From: Treponema sp.
GTDB lineage: Bacteria > Spirochaetota > Spirochaetia > Treponematales > Breznakiellaceae
Direction: 5' to 3'
Length of the DNA stretch: 24,965 nt
Assembly (NCBI GenBank): GCA_031255475.1
Contig: JAIRSL010000050.1
Span: 1 to 24,965, forward strand
Each line of letters starts with the position of its first letter. The first letter of the stretch is position 1. Position numbers and translations under genes: made by a program. The notes beneath the pieces were generated by a model. The model did not search any database, had not been told where the DNA came from, and saw nothing but the letters and a program-made list of their open reading frames with translations. Positions 1 through 9,312 of this stretch are shown one piece after another.

Positions 1-663
1 CTCATTGCCGAGGAGACGGAAAAACTCATAGACCGGGAACGGGTGAGCGATGAGGCCCGGCAGCGGGTGGAAGAAACGGGCATCGTCTTTATTGACGAGA
101 TAGACAAGATAGCGGTCAAGGGCGACCGGGGAGGCGGTCCCGACGTGTCCCGCGAAGGGGTACAGCGGGACATACTTCCCATCGTGGAGGGAGCCACCGT
201 CACCACCAAGTGGGGGCCGGTCAATACGGACCACATCCTCTTCATCGCCGCCGGCGCCTTCAACGTGAGCAAGCCTTCGGACCTGATCCCCGAACTCCAG
301 GGCCGGTTTCCCCTGCGGGTGGAACTGGAATCCCTGGGCAAGGACGAATTCCTCAGGATACTTACGGAACCGAAGAACGCGCTGACCAAGCAGTATATCG
401 GGCTTTTGGCCACCGAGGAGGTGGAAATCGAGTTCGCTCCGGAAGCGATAGAACGTCTGGCGGTCCTGGCTGCGGAGGTGAATTCCAAACTTGAGAACAT
501 CGGCGCCCGCAGGCTTCACACCATCATGGAAGCCCTACTGGAGGAGCTTTCCTTTGAGGCGCCGGACATCACCCCGGCCAAAATTCCCATTACCGAAGCC
601 TACGTCAACGAACGCCTTACCGATCTGGTGACCGATCAGGATTTGGGCAGGTATATTTTATGA
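1..663 (+). CDS. hslU: ATP-dependent protease ATPase subunit HslU, C-terminal part (5' end lies outside the window)
   Basis: The frame is open from nt 1. The translation (…[38 protein letters not shown]…[16 protein letters not shown]…[18 protein letters not shown]…DQDLGRYIL*) is nearly colinear with the HslU C-terminal half (sensor-2 'NIGARRLHT', C-terminal '…LSRFIL'-type tail). TGA stop at 661-663. Confidence 0.9.
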   Translation, partial: LIAEETEKLIDRERVSDEARQRVEETGIVFIDEIDKIAVKGDRGGGPDVSREGVQRDILPIVEGATVTTKWGPVNTDHILFIAAGAFNVSKPSDLIPELQGRFPLRVELESLGKDEFLRILTEPKNALTKQYIGLLATEEVEIEFAPEAIERLAVLAAEVNSKLENIGARRLHTIMEALLEELSFEAPDITPAKIPITEAYVNERLTDLVTDQDLGRYIL

Positions 664-733
664 TGATTATGGAGTGCGGGCCCTTAATCCCCGGTTTGGA
701 ACTGCCGATGATTAAAAGGGAGGAAGGGACCGA

Positions 734-1150
734 ATGAGCCAGAATACCTTTACCAGGACCGTGGACCTGCTTCACCGGGCCATGGACGCGAACCTCATCA
801 GGCGGAGCGTCATTGCCAATAACCTGGCGAACGCGGAAGTCCCCAATTTCAAACGGTCGGAAGTGAATTTTGAGAGCGAGTTGAAGAAAGCCCTGGATAC
901 GGAAAAACAGCGGCCGCCTCTGGAACTTAAGCTGACCGATCCCCGGCACATTCCCAACTGGCGGGAACGGGATTACCGGGATGTGGAACCCCGGCGGGTT
1001 CTGGATTACATCAGCACTTCCCGGAATAACGGGAACAATGTTGACCCGGAGCAGGAAGTCATGCTGGCCCTGGAAAACCAGATGATGTATACGCTCATGG
1101 CCCAGAGCCAGGCATTTGAATTCGCCCAGATAGAATTGGCGTTGAGGTAG
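734..1150 (+). CDS. flgB: flagellar basal-body rod protein FlgB
   Basis: 138 aa, ATG start, GGGAGG Shine-Dalgarno 14 nt upstream. N-terminal rod motif 'SVIANNLANAEVPNFKR' and C-terminal 'NNVDPEQEVMLALENQMMY…' are typical of FlgB. First gene of the conserved flgB-flgC-fliE-fliF order. Confidence 0.85.
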   Translation: MSQNTFTRTVDLLHRAMDANLIRRSVIANNLANAEVPNFKRSEVNFESELKKALDTEKQRPPLELKLTDPRHIPNWRERDYRDVEPRRVLDYISTSRNNGNNVDPEQEVMLALENQMMYTLMAQSQAFEFAQIELALR

Positions 1151-1159
1151 GAGTAGGAT

Positions 1160-1621
1160 ATGGGACTTTTCAGTTCGATTAACATAGCGGCTTCCGGGAT
1201 GAGCGCCGAGCGGTTCCGCACGGATGTGATCGCCGACAACATAGCCAATGCTTCCACCACCCGTACCGCCGAGGGCGGCCCCTTCAGGAGGAGCCGGGTG
1301 GTCCTGCGGCCCAGGGTGGAGGAACCATACTGGCGTTCCCCGTTTCTGCCCGAAATGCTGGATAACGGCGTGGGCGAGGGGGTGCGGGTCGCGGAAGTGC
1401 AGAAAGACTACGCGGCGGAACTCCGGCTGGTGTACGATCCCACTCATCCCGACGCCATCAGGACCGGTCCCAGGGCGGGTTATGTGGAGATGCCCAACGT
1501 GGACATCGTGACCGAAATGGTGGACATGATCGCCGCGTCCCGGGCGTACGAAGCCAACGCTTCCATTATAGACGGGTCCAAGGCCATGTTCCTCAAGGCC
1601 CTGGAAATAGGCGGGAGGTAG
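1160..1621 (+). CDS. flgC: flagellar basal-body rod protein FlgC
   Basis: 153 aa. 'INIAASGMSAERFRTDVIADNIANASTT…' at the N-terminus and 'GYVEMPNVDIVTEMVDMIAASRAYEANASII' at the C-terminus are canonical FlgC signatures. Lies 9 nt after flgB. Confidence 0.9.
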   Translation: MGLFSSINIAASGMSAERFRTDVIADNIANASTTRTAEGGPFRRSRVVLRPRVEEPYWRSPFLPEMLDNGVGEGVRVAEVQKDYAAELRLVYDPTHPDAIRTGPRAGYVEMPNVDIVTEMVDMIAASRAYEANASIIDGSKAMFLKALEIGGR

Positions 1622-1624
1622 TAG

Positions 1625-2032
1625 ATGACGATTTACCGGCCTGAACTGGTACAGGGCGATACGGTTTCCATGAAAATCACCCATCCGAAACATCTGGTCC
1701 CCCAAAACGGTCCGTATACCATAGGCGGCGGCGCGTTTGCTAAGGCCGCGGGCAGGGGAGGGACGGTTGCGGAACTGGGAAACATGACGGGCGCGGAATC
1801 GGTACTCCGTTCGGGTACATTCGAGGATGCCATGCTCCGGGCGCTGGACACGGTCAGCGCGGAAAAACAATTCGCCGATAACCTTATTCAGCAGGCCATT
1901 GTGGATCCCGAATCCGTTGACAGCCATGACATCACCATAGCGCAGGCTAAGGCAAATATGTCCCTTAACATCACCAGGACGGTACTGAACCGTATAGTCC
2001 AGGGATGGAGAGATATAATAAATACACGGTAA
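1625..2032 (+). CDS. fliE: flagellar hook-basal body complex protein FliE
   Basis: 135 aa, begins 3 nt after the flgC stop. C-terminal 'SHDITIAQAKANMSLNITRTVLNRIVQGWRDII' fits the conserved FliE C-terminal helix. Position between flgC and fliF matches spirochaete synteny. Longer than the typical ~110 aa. Confidence 0.7.
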   Translation: MTIYRPELVQGDTVSMKITHPKHLVPQNGPYTIGGGAFAKAAGRGGTVAELGNMTGAESVLRSGTFEDAMLRALDTVSAEKQFADNLIQQAIVDPESVDSHDITIAQAKANMSLNITRTVLNRIVQGWRDIINTR

Positions 2033-2113
2033 TTAAAGACCGGCGCGGGAGCCTTCTAACGGGGCGTTAGGGTTTTCCGGCGCGGGTCTTCACGTTCTTC
2101 TGGGGAGGGGAAT

Positions 2114-3820
2114 ATGAACGAATTCTTCAAAAAACTATTCGGACAAATCGCGGGTCTTTGGGGTAAGTGGTCTGTAGTACAGAAGATCATCCTCATCGCT
2201 GTTGTGGTTATCGCCGCGGGCGGTATTGCCGTCCTGGTGACGGTTTCTTCATTGCCGAGTATGGCGCCGGTCATCGATGCGCCTATCCGGGACGAGACGG
2301 CCAGGGACCGCATCATCACCCGGATCAATCAGGAAGGCGTCAAGACTTCGGTATCCCAGGCGGGAACCATTATGGTAAGCGATGAAAACACCGCCCGGCG
2401 TATGCGGGCCATCCTTATCCGGGAAGACCTGATACCTTCGGGAACCGATCCCTGGGCCATATTTGACCGGGACCGGTGGACCATCACCGATTTTGAACGG
2501 AAAGTGAATGTACGCCGGGCCGTTACCAGGATGGTGACGGATCATATCAAGGCCCTGGACGATGTGGACGATGCCAGCGTCATCATCAACATGCCCGAAA
2601 AGACATTGTTCCTTTCGGATCAGGAACCGGTGAGCGCCAGCGTGATCCTTACTCCCAGACCGGGCAGCGATATTACCCAAAACCGGAAGAAGATCGAAGG
2701 TATCCAGAAGATCCTTAAATTCGCCGTGGAGGGGCTGACGGACGATAACATCGGTATTACCGATCAAAACGGTTTGGTGTTGAACGATTTTAAGGGCCTT
2801 ACCGACTGGGATCGCCTGAGCCGCATTGAGCGGGAAACCCAAATTGTGCGGGACCTGGAAACCCGGTACCGGAAAGACATCCTGAAATCCCTGCAAAAGA
2901 TTTTTACCGCCGATCGGGTCCGGGATCTCAACATTAAAATCGATATGGATATGTCCAGGAAGGCGGTGGATACGGAAGAGTATTTCCCCATTACGCTGAA
3001 AGAAAGGACCCCCGGGCTTCCCTATGACGATTCCCAGTTTACCGAATCGGTCACCGTTTCCCAGTCCACTTCCAGCACTTCCTGGAAGGGAACGGGCTTT
3101 AATCCCGAAGGCCCTCCGGGTGTGGAAGGCCAGACTACTCCCGCCTTTCGGGACATGTCCAATCTTTACGGCGAAGTAACCCAGACCACCAACACCCACA
3201 ACGAGGTGATCAACAACCGTAAAGTCCAGGAGGAAAGAAGCCCCACCATAGACCGGGTAACCGTATCGGTAAATATAGACGGTATGTGGAAGTGGAAATA
3301 CGATGACGCGAAGAAACCGGTGATTCAGACCGACGGTTCCATCGAACGGGAATATACCCCGGTGCCAGAGGAAGACATTGCCGCGGCCCAGGCTCTGATC
3401 CGGGACGCCATTGGTTTCAGCGCCGGCCGGGGCGATTCGGTGACGGTACAGAATATCCGTTTCGACCGGACTAAAGAATTCAGCGATGAAGATGCCGCGT
3501 ATTTCCGGCAGCGGCAGATGCAACAGACACTGATACTTCTCCTTATCGGGACGGCGATACTGTTGATAGGGTTTGTGGTATTCCGTCTGGTTTCCCGTGA
3601 AATGGAACGGCGGCGGCGGCTCAGGGAAGAAGAACTCTCCCGGCAGCAACAGGCCATGCGCGAAAGCGCCCTTCTGGAAGCGGAGAACGAAGGGGTGGAA
3701 GTTTCTATGTCGGTGGAAGAAAAGCGGCGTATGGAACTTCAGGAGAACGCCATCAACATGGCGAAGGAACATCCCGGAGACGTGGCTCAGCTTATCAGAA
3801 CCTGGCTGATGGAGGAATAG
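2114..3820 (+). CDS. fliF: flagellar M-ring (MS-ring) protein FliF
   Basis: 568 aa. N-terminal TM segment (IILIAVVVIAAGGIAVLV), large periplasmic ring-building domain, second TM (LILLLIGTAILLIGFVVF) and charged C-terminal tail that binds FliG. GGGAGGGG Shine-Dalgarno upstream. Confidence 0.9.
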   Translation: MNEFFKKLFGQIAGLWGKWSVVQKIILIAVVVIAAGGIAVLVTVSSLPSMAPVIDAPIRDETARDRIITRINQEGVKTSVSQAGTIMVSDENTARRMRAILIREDLIPSGTDPWAIFDRDRWTITDFERKVNVRRAVTRMVTDHIKALDDVDDASVIINMPEKTLFLSDQEPVSASVILTPRPGSDITQNRKKIEGIQKILKFAVEGLTDDNIGITDQNGLVLNDFKGLTDWDRLSRIERETQIVRDLETRYRKDILKSLQKIFTADRVRDLNIKIDMDMSRKAVDTEEYFPITLKERTPGLPYDDSQFTESVTVSQSTSSTSWKGTGFNPEGPPGVEGQTTPAFRDMSNLYGEVTQTTNTHNEVINNRKVQEERSPTIDRVTVSVNIDGMWKWKYDDAKKPVIQTDGSIEREYTPVPEEDIAAAQALIRDAIGFSAGRGDSVTVQNIRFDRTKEFSDEDAAYFRQRQMQQTLILLLIGTAILLIGFVVFRLVSREMERRRRLREEELSRQQQAMRESALLEAENEGVEVSMSVEEKRRMELQENAINMAKEHPGDVAQLIRTWLMEE

Positions 3821-3823
3821 AAA

Positions 3824-4885
3824 ATGGCCCAGGCAACCGCTTCTTCCCAGAATTCGGGAACTTCCACGTCCAAGAAAAAAGGCGGCAAGGAATTTTCGGG
3901 TCGGCAGAAGGCCGCGATCTTCTTGGTAAGTGTCGGCTCGGATATTTCGGCGGAGATATTCAAGTACCTCAGGGAAGACGAGATAGAAACCCTTACCTTC
4001 GAGATCGCCCGGCTTGAAACCATAGAACCGGAACAAAAAGACGCGATACTCCAGGAGTTCCAGGAACTCATGATGGCCAACCAGTTCATCACCATGGGCG
4101 GTATCGACTATGCCCGGGAACTTCTGGAAAAGGCCCTGGGAAGCCAGAAGGCCATAGACATCATCAACCGGCTTACCTCAAGCCTCCAGGTGCGGCCCTT
4201 CGACTTCATACGCCGTACCGATCCCGCACATCTTCTCAACTTCAGTCAGCAGGAACATCCCCAGACCATAGCCCTTATTCTTGCGTATCTTGAACCGAAT
4301 AAGGCGTCTATCATCCTGCAAAACCTTCCCCATGAAGTTCAGAGTGATGTGGCCCGGCGTATCGCCACCATGGACCGTACGAGCCCCGAAGTCCTCCGGG
4401 AAGTGGAACGGGTTCTGGAAAAGAAGCTGTCCACCCTGTCCAGCGAAGACTACACCACCGCCGGCGGCGTGGGGAGCATCGTGGAGATCCTCAACCTGGT
4501 AGACCGGGCATCGGAAAAACAGATCATCGAGGCTTTGGAAGACGAGGATCCGGAACTGGCGGAGGAGATCAAGAAGCGCATGTTCGTCTTTGAAGACATC
4601 GTGCTCCTCGGCGACCGGGATATTCAGAAGGTCATGCGGGAAGTGGATTCCCAGGAACTGGCCAAAGCCCTTAAATCCGTGGATACGGAGGTACAGGATA
4701 AGATCTTCAAGAATATGAGTAAGCGCGCGGCGGGTATGCTCAAGGAAGATATGGAATTCATGGGACCCATCCGGCTTAAAGATGTGGAAGAGGCCCAGCA
4801 GAAGATCGTTTCCATTATCCGTCATCTGGAAGATACCGGAGATATCGTCATCGCCCGTTCCGGCGAGGACGAACTGGTCGTTTAG
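3824..4885 (+). CDS. fliG: flagellar motor switch protein FliG
   Basis: 353 aa, starts 4 nt after the fliF stop. Contains 'GRQKAAIFLVSVGSDISAEIFKYL' and 'LSQQEHPQTIALILAYLEP', and the C-terminal torque helix region (…VDSQELAKALKSVDTEVQDKIFKNMSKRAAGMLKEDME…). Confidence 0.9.
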   Translation: MAQATASSQNSGTSTSKKKGGKEFSGRQKAAIFLVSVGSDISAEIFKYLREDEIETLTFEIARLETIEPEQKDAILQEFQELMMANQFITMGGIDYARELLEKALGSQKAIDIINRLTSSLQVRPFDFIRRTDPAHLLNFSQQEHPQTIALILAYLEPNKASIILQNLPHEVQSDVARRIATMDRTSPEVLREVERVLEKKLSTLSSEDYTTAGGVGSIVEILNLVDRASEKQIIEALEDEDPELAEEIKKRMFVFEDIVLLGDRDIQKVMREVDSQELAKALKSVDTEVQDKIFKNMSKRAAGMLKEDMEFMGPIRLKDVEEAQQKIVSIIRHLEDTGDIVIARSGEDELVV

Positions 4886-4894
4886 GTGTAAACA

Positions 4895-5869
4895 ATGGCA
4901 AAAGCGGTATTCAGGCCCGGCGAAGTCACCGTCAGCGATTCTACGGTTTTTCTTGAACTTCCCGGTTCGTTTTCCGAACCGGAACATCCGGCGTCCGGGC
5001 TTCCGTCCGGGGAAGATACGGATATGTCGCGGATGTTCACATCTGAGATGATAGAGGAATACTCAGGGCCCACGGCGGACGAACTGCGGCAGGAAGCGGA
5101 AGATTTTAAGATCCGATGGGAGGCCGAAAAAGAGGCCATGCTCCGCGCCGCCCGGGCGGAAGCGGAAGCCCTCGTCAAAGAGGCGGAGAAAAGGGCCGTA
5201 CAGGAAAGGGAGCGGGCCGGGCGGGAGGCAGAAGAAATTAAACGTTCCGCCGAATCGGAGGCGGAGCGCGTCATCGCCGGGGCAAGGCAAAAGGCGGAGG
5301 ATATGGCCGTATCCGCCCGGGACGCCTTTGAGAGCGAACGGCAGAAGGCCGAAGCGGAAGGCCGGGAAGCCGGTCAGGAGGCCGGTTTTGCCGAAGGCCG
5401 GGCCGAGGTACAGCGCCTTGTGGAACGGACCCATACGGTTCTGGAACGGGCGCAGGACAAGCGTATCGAAATTCTCGAAGAAACGGAGCAGCAGATAATC
5501 GATCTTGTGCTCCTGATAGCCCGGAAGGTAATCAAGGTTGTCTCCGAAAGCCAGCGTACCGTGGTCATCTCCAACGTGGTTCAGGCCCTTAGAAAACTCA
5601 AGACCGGCGGGAATATCCTGATACGGGTGAACCTGGCCGATGTAAAACTTACCACGGAACACATTAAGGACTTCATCAAAATAGCCGAAGGCGCCAAAGG
5701 CATACAGGTGGCGGAGGATCCCACGGTAGATCCGGGGGGGTGCGTCATAGAAACCGATTTTGGGGAGATAAACGCCAGGATTTCCAGCCAACTTGCCGAA
5801 CTTGAAGACAAGATTCTTGCCATGTCCCCCATCAAAGGCAGGGCGAAAAACGCCGCCGAAGGAGTCTGA
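4895..5869 (+). CDS. fliH: flagellar assembly/export protein FliH
   Basis: 324 aa, between fliG and fliI. Long E/A/R/K-rich coiled-coil N-region and a FliH/ATP-synthase b/delta-like C-terminal domain (…IIDLVLLIARKVIK…RVNLADVKL…GGCVIETDFGEINARISSQL…). Confidence 0.75.
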   Translation: MAKAVFRPGEVTVSDSTVFLELPGSFSEPEHPASGLPSGEDTDMSRMFTSEMIEEYSGPTADELRQEAEDFKIRWEAEKEAMLRAARAEAEALVKEAEKRAVQERERAGREAEEIKRSAESEAERVIAGARQKAEDMAVSARDAFESERQKAEAEGREAGQEAGFAEGRAEVQRLVERTHTVLERAQDKRIEILEETEQQIIDLVLLIARKVIKVVSESQRTVVISNVVQALRKLKTGGNILIRVNLADVKLTTEHIKDFIKIAEGAKGIQVAEDPTVDPGGCVIETDFGEINARISSQLAELEDKILAMSPIKGRAKNAAEGV

Positions 5870-5871
5870 GA

Positions 5872-7338
5872 ATGACGCCGGTACCGGGTGGCGTAAAGAC
5901 ACGGGAATTTCCGGAGGAAATTCCGTTTAATATGACGGAAATGCTGTCGAAATATTTTGAAACGGTTGAAAAGACCGATCCCGTCAAATACTCAGGCCGC
6001 GTTGTCAAGGTACAGGGTCTCCTTATAGAAAGCAGAGGGCCCCGTGCCGTCATAGGCGAAATATGCCGCATTGAGGCGCCCAGGGGCCGGGGGATCATCC
6101 ATGCCGAAGTGGTGGGTCTTAGGGACGAGACGGTACAGCTTATGGCCTACGAGGAGACCGGCGGTATTGAAGCGGGCTGTCGGGTCGTCGCTTCCGGCAG
6201 CCCGCTGGAGATTCCGGTATCGGACAAGCTCCTTGGGCGTGTGCTGGACTGTAGGGGAAATCCCGTCGACGGGAAGGGTGGGATTGACGCCGTTCTCCGG
6301 TATCCGGCCCTGGCCGACCCGCCGGAAGCCGCAACGCGCCCGCGTATACTCAGGCGGCTTTCCACCGGCATCAGATCCATAGACGGCCTTCTCTCCGTGG
6401 GCCGGGGACAGCGTATAGGCATTTTCGCCGGTTCCGGCGTGGGGAAAACCACCCTACTGGGGATGATAGCCCGGAACACCAACGCCGATGTCAACGTGGT
6501 CGCCCTTATAGGGGAGCGGGGCCGGGAACTCAACGACTTTATTGCCAACGACCTGGGCCCCGCCGGCCTTGCCCGGTCCGTGTTGGTGGCGACCCCTTCC
6601 AATTCCCCGCCTCTTGCGCGGCTGCGGGGCGCATACACCGCCACCGCCGTAGCCGAGTATTTCCGCGATCAGGGGCTGGACGTGATGCTCCTCTTCGACT
6701 CGGTGACCCGTTTTGCCCGGGCCCAGCGGGAGATAGGACTTGCCTCGGGGGAGCCTCCCGCCACGCGGGGCTACACCCCCAGTGTCTTCGACTCCATGCC
6801 CAAGCTGCTGGAACGGAGCGGTACGTCGGGAAAGGGGTCCATCACCGGTTTTTATACGGTACTGGTGGAAGGGGACGACATGGACGAGCCCATCGCCGAC
6901 ACGGTACGGGGTATCCTGGACGGCCATATCGTCCTGTCCCGCCGCCTTGCGCGGGCGTACCACTACCCAGCGGTAGACGTGCTGGAAAGCGTTTCCCGCC
7001 TTATGCCCGCAGTGTCCGGGCCGGTAACCAACAAAGCCGCGGGGTGCATACGCCGCCTTATGGCGGACTATGCCGGGGCGGAGGACCTTATCAACGTGGG
7101 CGCGTACCACACGGGCACCAACCCCGCAATCGACGAGGCCATTGCCAAGCGGGAAGCGATAGAATCGCTGCTCATTCAGGAGGTCGAAGAGAAATCTTCC
7201 ATGGCGGAAACGCTGAAGATCATGGCGGATATAGCCGGTATGGAAATCCCTCCCGAAGAAATCGGGATTTATGAACGGGAGACGGCCGCGGGGACCGGCG
7301 GAATTCCCGCGCCGGGCATCGGGTATGAAACGCTTTAG
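5872..7338 (+). CDS. fliI: flagellum-specific ATP synthase FliI
   Basis: 488 aa. Walker A 'GIFAGSGVGKTTLLGMIARN', Walker B 'DVMLLFDSVTRFARAQRE', F1/T3SS-ATPase-like core. ATG lies 3 nt after the fliH stop. Confidence 0.95.
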   Translation: MTPVPGGVKTREFPEEIPFNMTEMLSKYFETVEKTDPVKYSGRVVKVQGLLIESRGPRAVIGEICRIEAPRGRGIIHAEVVGLRDETVQLMAYEETGGIEAGCRVVASGSPLEIPVSDKLLGRVLDCRGNPVDGKGGIDAVLRYPALADPPEAATRPRILRRLSTGIRSIDGLLSVGRGQRIGIFAGSGVGKTTLLGMIARNTNADVNVVALIGERGRELNDFIANDLGPAGLARSVLVATPSNSPPLARLRGAYTATAVAEYFRDQGLDVMLLFDSVTRFARAQREIGLASGEPPATRGYTPSVFDSMPKLLERSGTSGKGSITGFYTVLVEGDDMDEPIADTVRGILDGHIVLSRRLARAYHYPAVDVLESVSRLMPAVSGPVTNKAAGCIRRLMADYAGAEDLINVGAYHTGTNPAIDEAIAKREAIESLLIQEVEEKSSMAETLKIMADIAGMEIPPEEIGIYERETAAGTGGIPAPGIGYETL

Positions 7339-7765
7339 CTTTAACCTTGAAAAAATTCTTAACATCCGCGCTTACCGGGAAAAGGAAGCGGAAATAGAAC
7401 TCGGCCGCGCCGTGGGCGTTCTTACCGCCCTTGAACAGGAAATAAAGTCCGTGGCCGCCTCCCGCTCACAGGCCGCGTCCTGTCGCTTTGCCCGGGGAAA
7501 CGGATCGGACGAAATCCGGCGCTACGATCTCTACATACGCAGGCTTGACGCCGAACGGGACCGGCTCCTCAAGGAGGCCGCCGAAGCGGAACTCAAGGTG
7601 GAAGCCGCCAGGCAGGTTTTTTTTGAAGCCTCCAGGGAACGGAAGATTCTTGACAAGCTCAAGGAAAAAAGGCAGCGGGAATACCGCAAGGTGGTCCTGT
7701 CCGAAGAAACCAGGACGCTGGACGATATAGCCGGCGGGTTGGCGGCCGGGAAAGCGCTATTGTAG
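7325..7765 (+). CDS. fliJ: flagellar export chaperone FliJ (N-terminus overlaps the fliI 3' end)
   Basis: Coiled-coil protein 'MKRFSFNLEKILNIRAYREKEAEIELGRAV…', typical of FliJ. I prefer the ATG at 7325 (146 aa, 14-nt overlap with fliI) over the track's upstream ATG at 7271, which would add an 18-aa Arg/Pro-rich extension not typical of FliJ. Confidence 0.7.
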   Translation: MKRFSFNLEKILNIRAYREKEAEIELGRAVGVLTALEQEIKSVAASRSQAASCRFARGNGSDEIRRYDLYIRRLDAERDRLLKEAAEAELKVEAARQVFFEASRERKILDKLKEKRQREYRKVVLSEETRTLDDIAGGLAAGKALL

Positions 7766-8338
7766 CCCCCGGACGCTCCGCAGGTATTCCTCCCTTCCCG
7801 ACTCATACAGGCTGTTCCCCCTGCTGTCTATGACCGTTATCGCGGGAAAGTCCTCTACCACCAGGCGGCGTATGGCCTCCGTACCCAGATCGTCAAAGGC
7901 GATGACCTCCGCCGCTTTAATATGGGCCGCCAGGAGCGTTCCGGCGCCGCCTATGGCGCCGAAGTAGACCGCCCCGTAACGGGCCATGGCTTCCACAACC
8001 TCTTTCGAGCGTTTTCCCTTCCCTATCATACCCCGCAGGCCCAGGGATATAAGGGCGGGGGTATATGCGTCCATACGGTAACTCGTGGTGGGACCCGCCG
8101 GGCCTATGACTTCCCCGGGCCGGGCCGGACCGGGACCCGTGTAGTAGATAACCGAATCCTCAATGGGGAAGGGGAGAAGCTTCCCCGCCTTCACAAGCTC
8201 CGCAAGCTGCTTGTGGGCCGCGTCCCGTGCCGTATAGATCATCCCGCTGAACAAAACGCGCTGCCCCGGCGTGAGGGAGGCGGCCTGTTCCCGTCCCAGG
8301 GGGAGTTCTATCCTAACCGGTTCGTTGTATACGGGCAT
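7757..8338 (-). CDS. class-I fumarate/L(+)-tartrate Fe-S hydro-lyase, beta subunit
   Basis: 194 aa from 'MPVYNEPVRIELPL…'. The track ORF starts at a TTG 12 codons upstream. Homologous to the C-terminal (beta/catalytic) domain of class-I fumarase/TtdB: '…IYTARDAAHKQL…YYTGPGPA…GPTTSYRMD…GKGKRS…'. Its ATG overlaps the alpha-subunit stop (TGATG). Confidence 0.8.
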   Translation of the reverse strand: MPVYNEPVRIELPLGREQAASLTPGQRVLFSGMIYTARDAAHKQLAELVKAGKLLPFPIEDSVIYYTGPGPARPGEVIGPAGPTTSYRMDAYTPALISLGLRGMIGKGKRSKEVVEAMARYGAVYFGAIGGAGTLLAAHIKAAEVIAFDDLGTEAIRRLVVEDFPAITVIDSRGNSLYESGREEYLRSVRGLQ

Positions 8339-9177
8339 CAGAGTACCTCCCCGGCGTGGCGGGCCACGTGGCAACTGATGTTCACCGCGCAGGGGAGGCC
8401 CGCGATATGGGTGGGGAGCGTTTCTACCATCACCGCCAGAGCGGTGGTTTTGCCGCCGAAACCCTGAGGGCCTATACCCAGGGCGTTAATTTTTTCAAGA
8501 AGGGTGTTTTCCAGTTCCGCGTAAAAGGCCAGGGGGCTGGACGTTCCCAGGGGGCGGAGCAGGGCCTTTCTGGCCAGGAAGGCCGCTTTATCGAAAGAAC
8601 CCCCTATGCCGACACCCACGACAATAGGCGGGCAGGGATTAGGCCCCGCTTCTTCCACCGTCCGAATCACGAAATCAATTACCCCTTCCGCTCCGTCGGA
8701 AGGGCGGAGCATCGCTATACGGCTCATGTTTTCGCTCCCGAAACCTTTGGGAGCCACGGTGACCGTCACCCGGCTGCCTTTCACAAAATCGGCGTACACC
8801 ATAGCCGGGGTATTGTCCCCGGTATTCACCCGGTCCAGGGGGTCTCTGACCATGGAGGCCCGCAGATACCCGTCCCGGCAGCCCCGGCGCACACCCTCAT
8901 TCACGGCCGCATAGAGGTCCCCGGCGATATGCACATCTTCCCCTATTTCCAGAAACACGCAGGCCATGCCCGTATCCTGGCAGACGGGCGACTGTAGTTC
9001 CGCCGCAAGCTCGAAATTTTCTATGATTTTATCCAGAATATCCCTGGCCGCGGGCCAAGTTTCCTCGTCCCTGCATTTCCGCAGCCGCTCCCTCACGTCC
9101 TCCGGCAATTCTCGGTTTGCCGTAATGCACAAGCGGCTCACCGCTTCCGTTATACGCTCCGCCTCCAGGATCCTCAT
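8338..9177 (-). CDS. class-I fumarate/L(+)-tartrate Fe-S hydro-lyase, alpha subunit
   Basis: 279 aa. Conserved 'CQDTGMA' and further Cys residues of the [4Fe-4S] hydro-lyase alpha domain (FumA N-domain/TtdA). GGGAGG Shine-Dalgarno 4 nt before the ATG. Confidence 0.85.
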   Translation of the reverse strand: MRILEAERITEAVSRLCITANRELPEDVRERLRKCRDEETWPAARDILDKIIENFELAAELQSPVCQDTGMACVFLEIGEDVHIAGDLYAAVNEGVRRGCRDGYLRASMVRDPLDRVNTGDNTPAMVYADFVKGSRVTVTVAPKGFGSENMSRIAMLRPSDGAEGVIDFVIRTVEEAGPNPCPPIVVGVGIGGSFDKAAFLARKALLRPLGTSSPLAFYAELENTLLEKINALGIGPQGFGGKTTALAVMVETLPTHIAGLPCAVNISCHVARHAGEVL

Positions 9178-9312
9178 TGGTCCTCCCGCCGTTTTTCATA
9201 AAATAACGTTTCTAAGTATAGCCGTTTTATTCCTCGCGCGCCAGATTCCGCGTTACAAAAATCAACCGCGGATTATCAAGGTTACCGCTAAGCGCTTATT
9301 GTTCGCCGTATC

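Noticed and set aside
617-7365. Long antisense ORFs opposite the flagellar genes (617-1927, 2249-4036, 5063-5902, 6454-7365 on the minus strand)
   Set aside because: Typical high-GC shadow ORFs. Their translations are low-complexity (R/G/P-rich) with no recognisable domains, while the sense-strand products are unmistakable flagellar proteins.
9245-9274. Inverted repeat ATTCCGCG-N14-CGCGGATT about 70-95 nt upstream of the fumarase alpha gene
   Set aside because: It could be a regulator site, but it matches no motif I can name (not an FNR or CRP half-site). It sits in the 3' UTR of the lipoprotein gene, where it may simply be a weak terminator hairpin.
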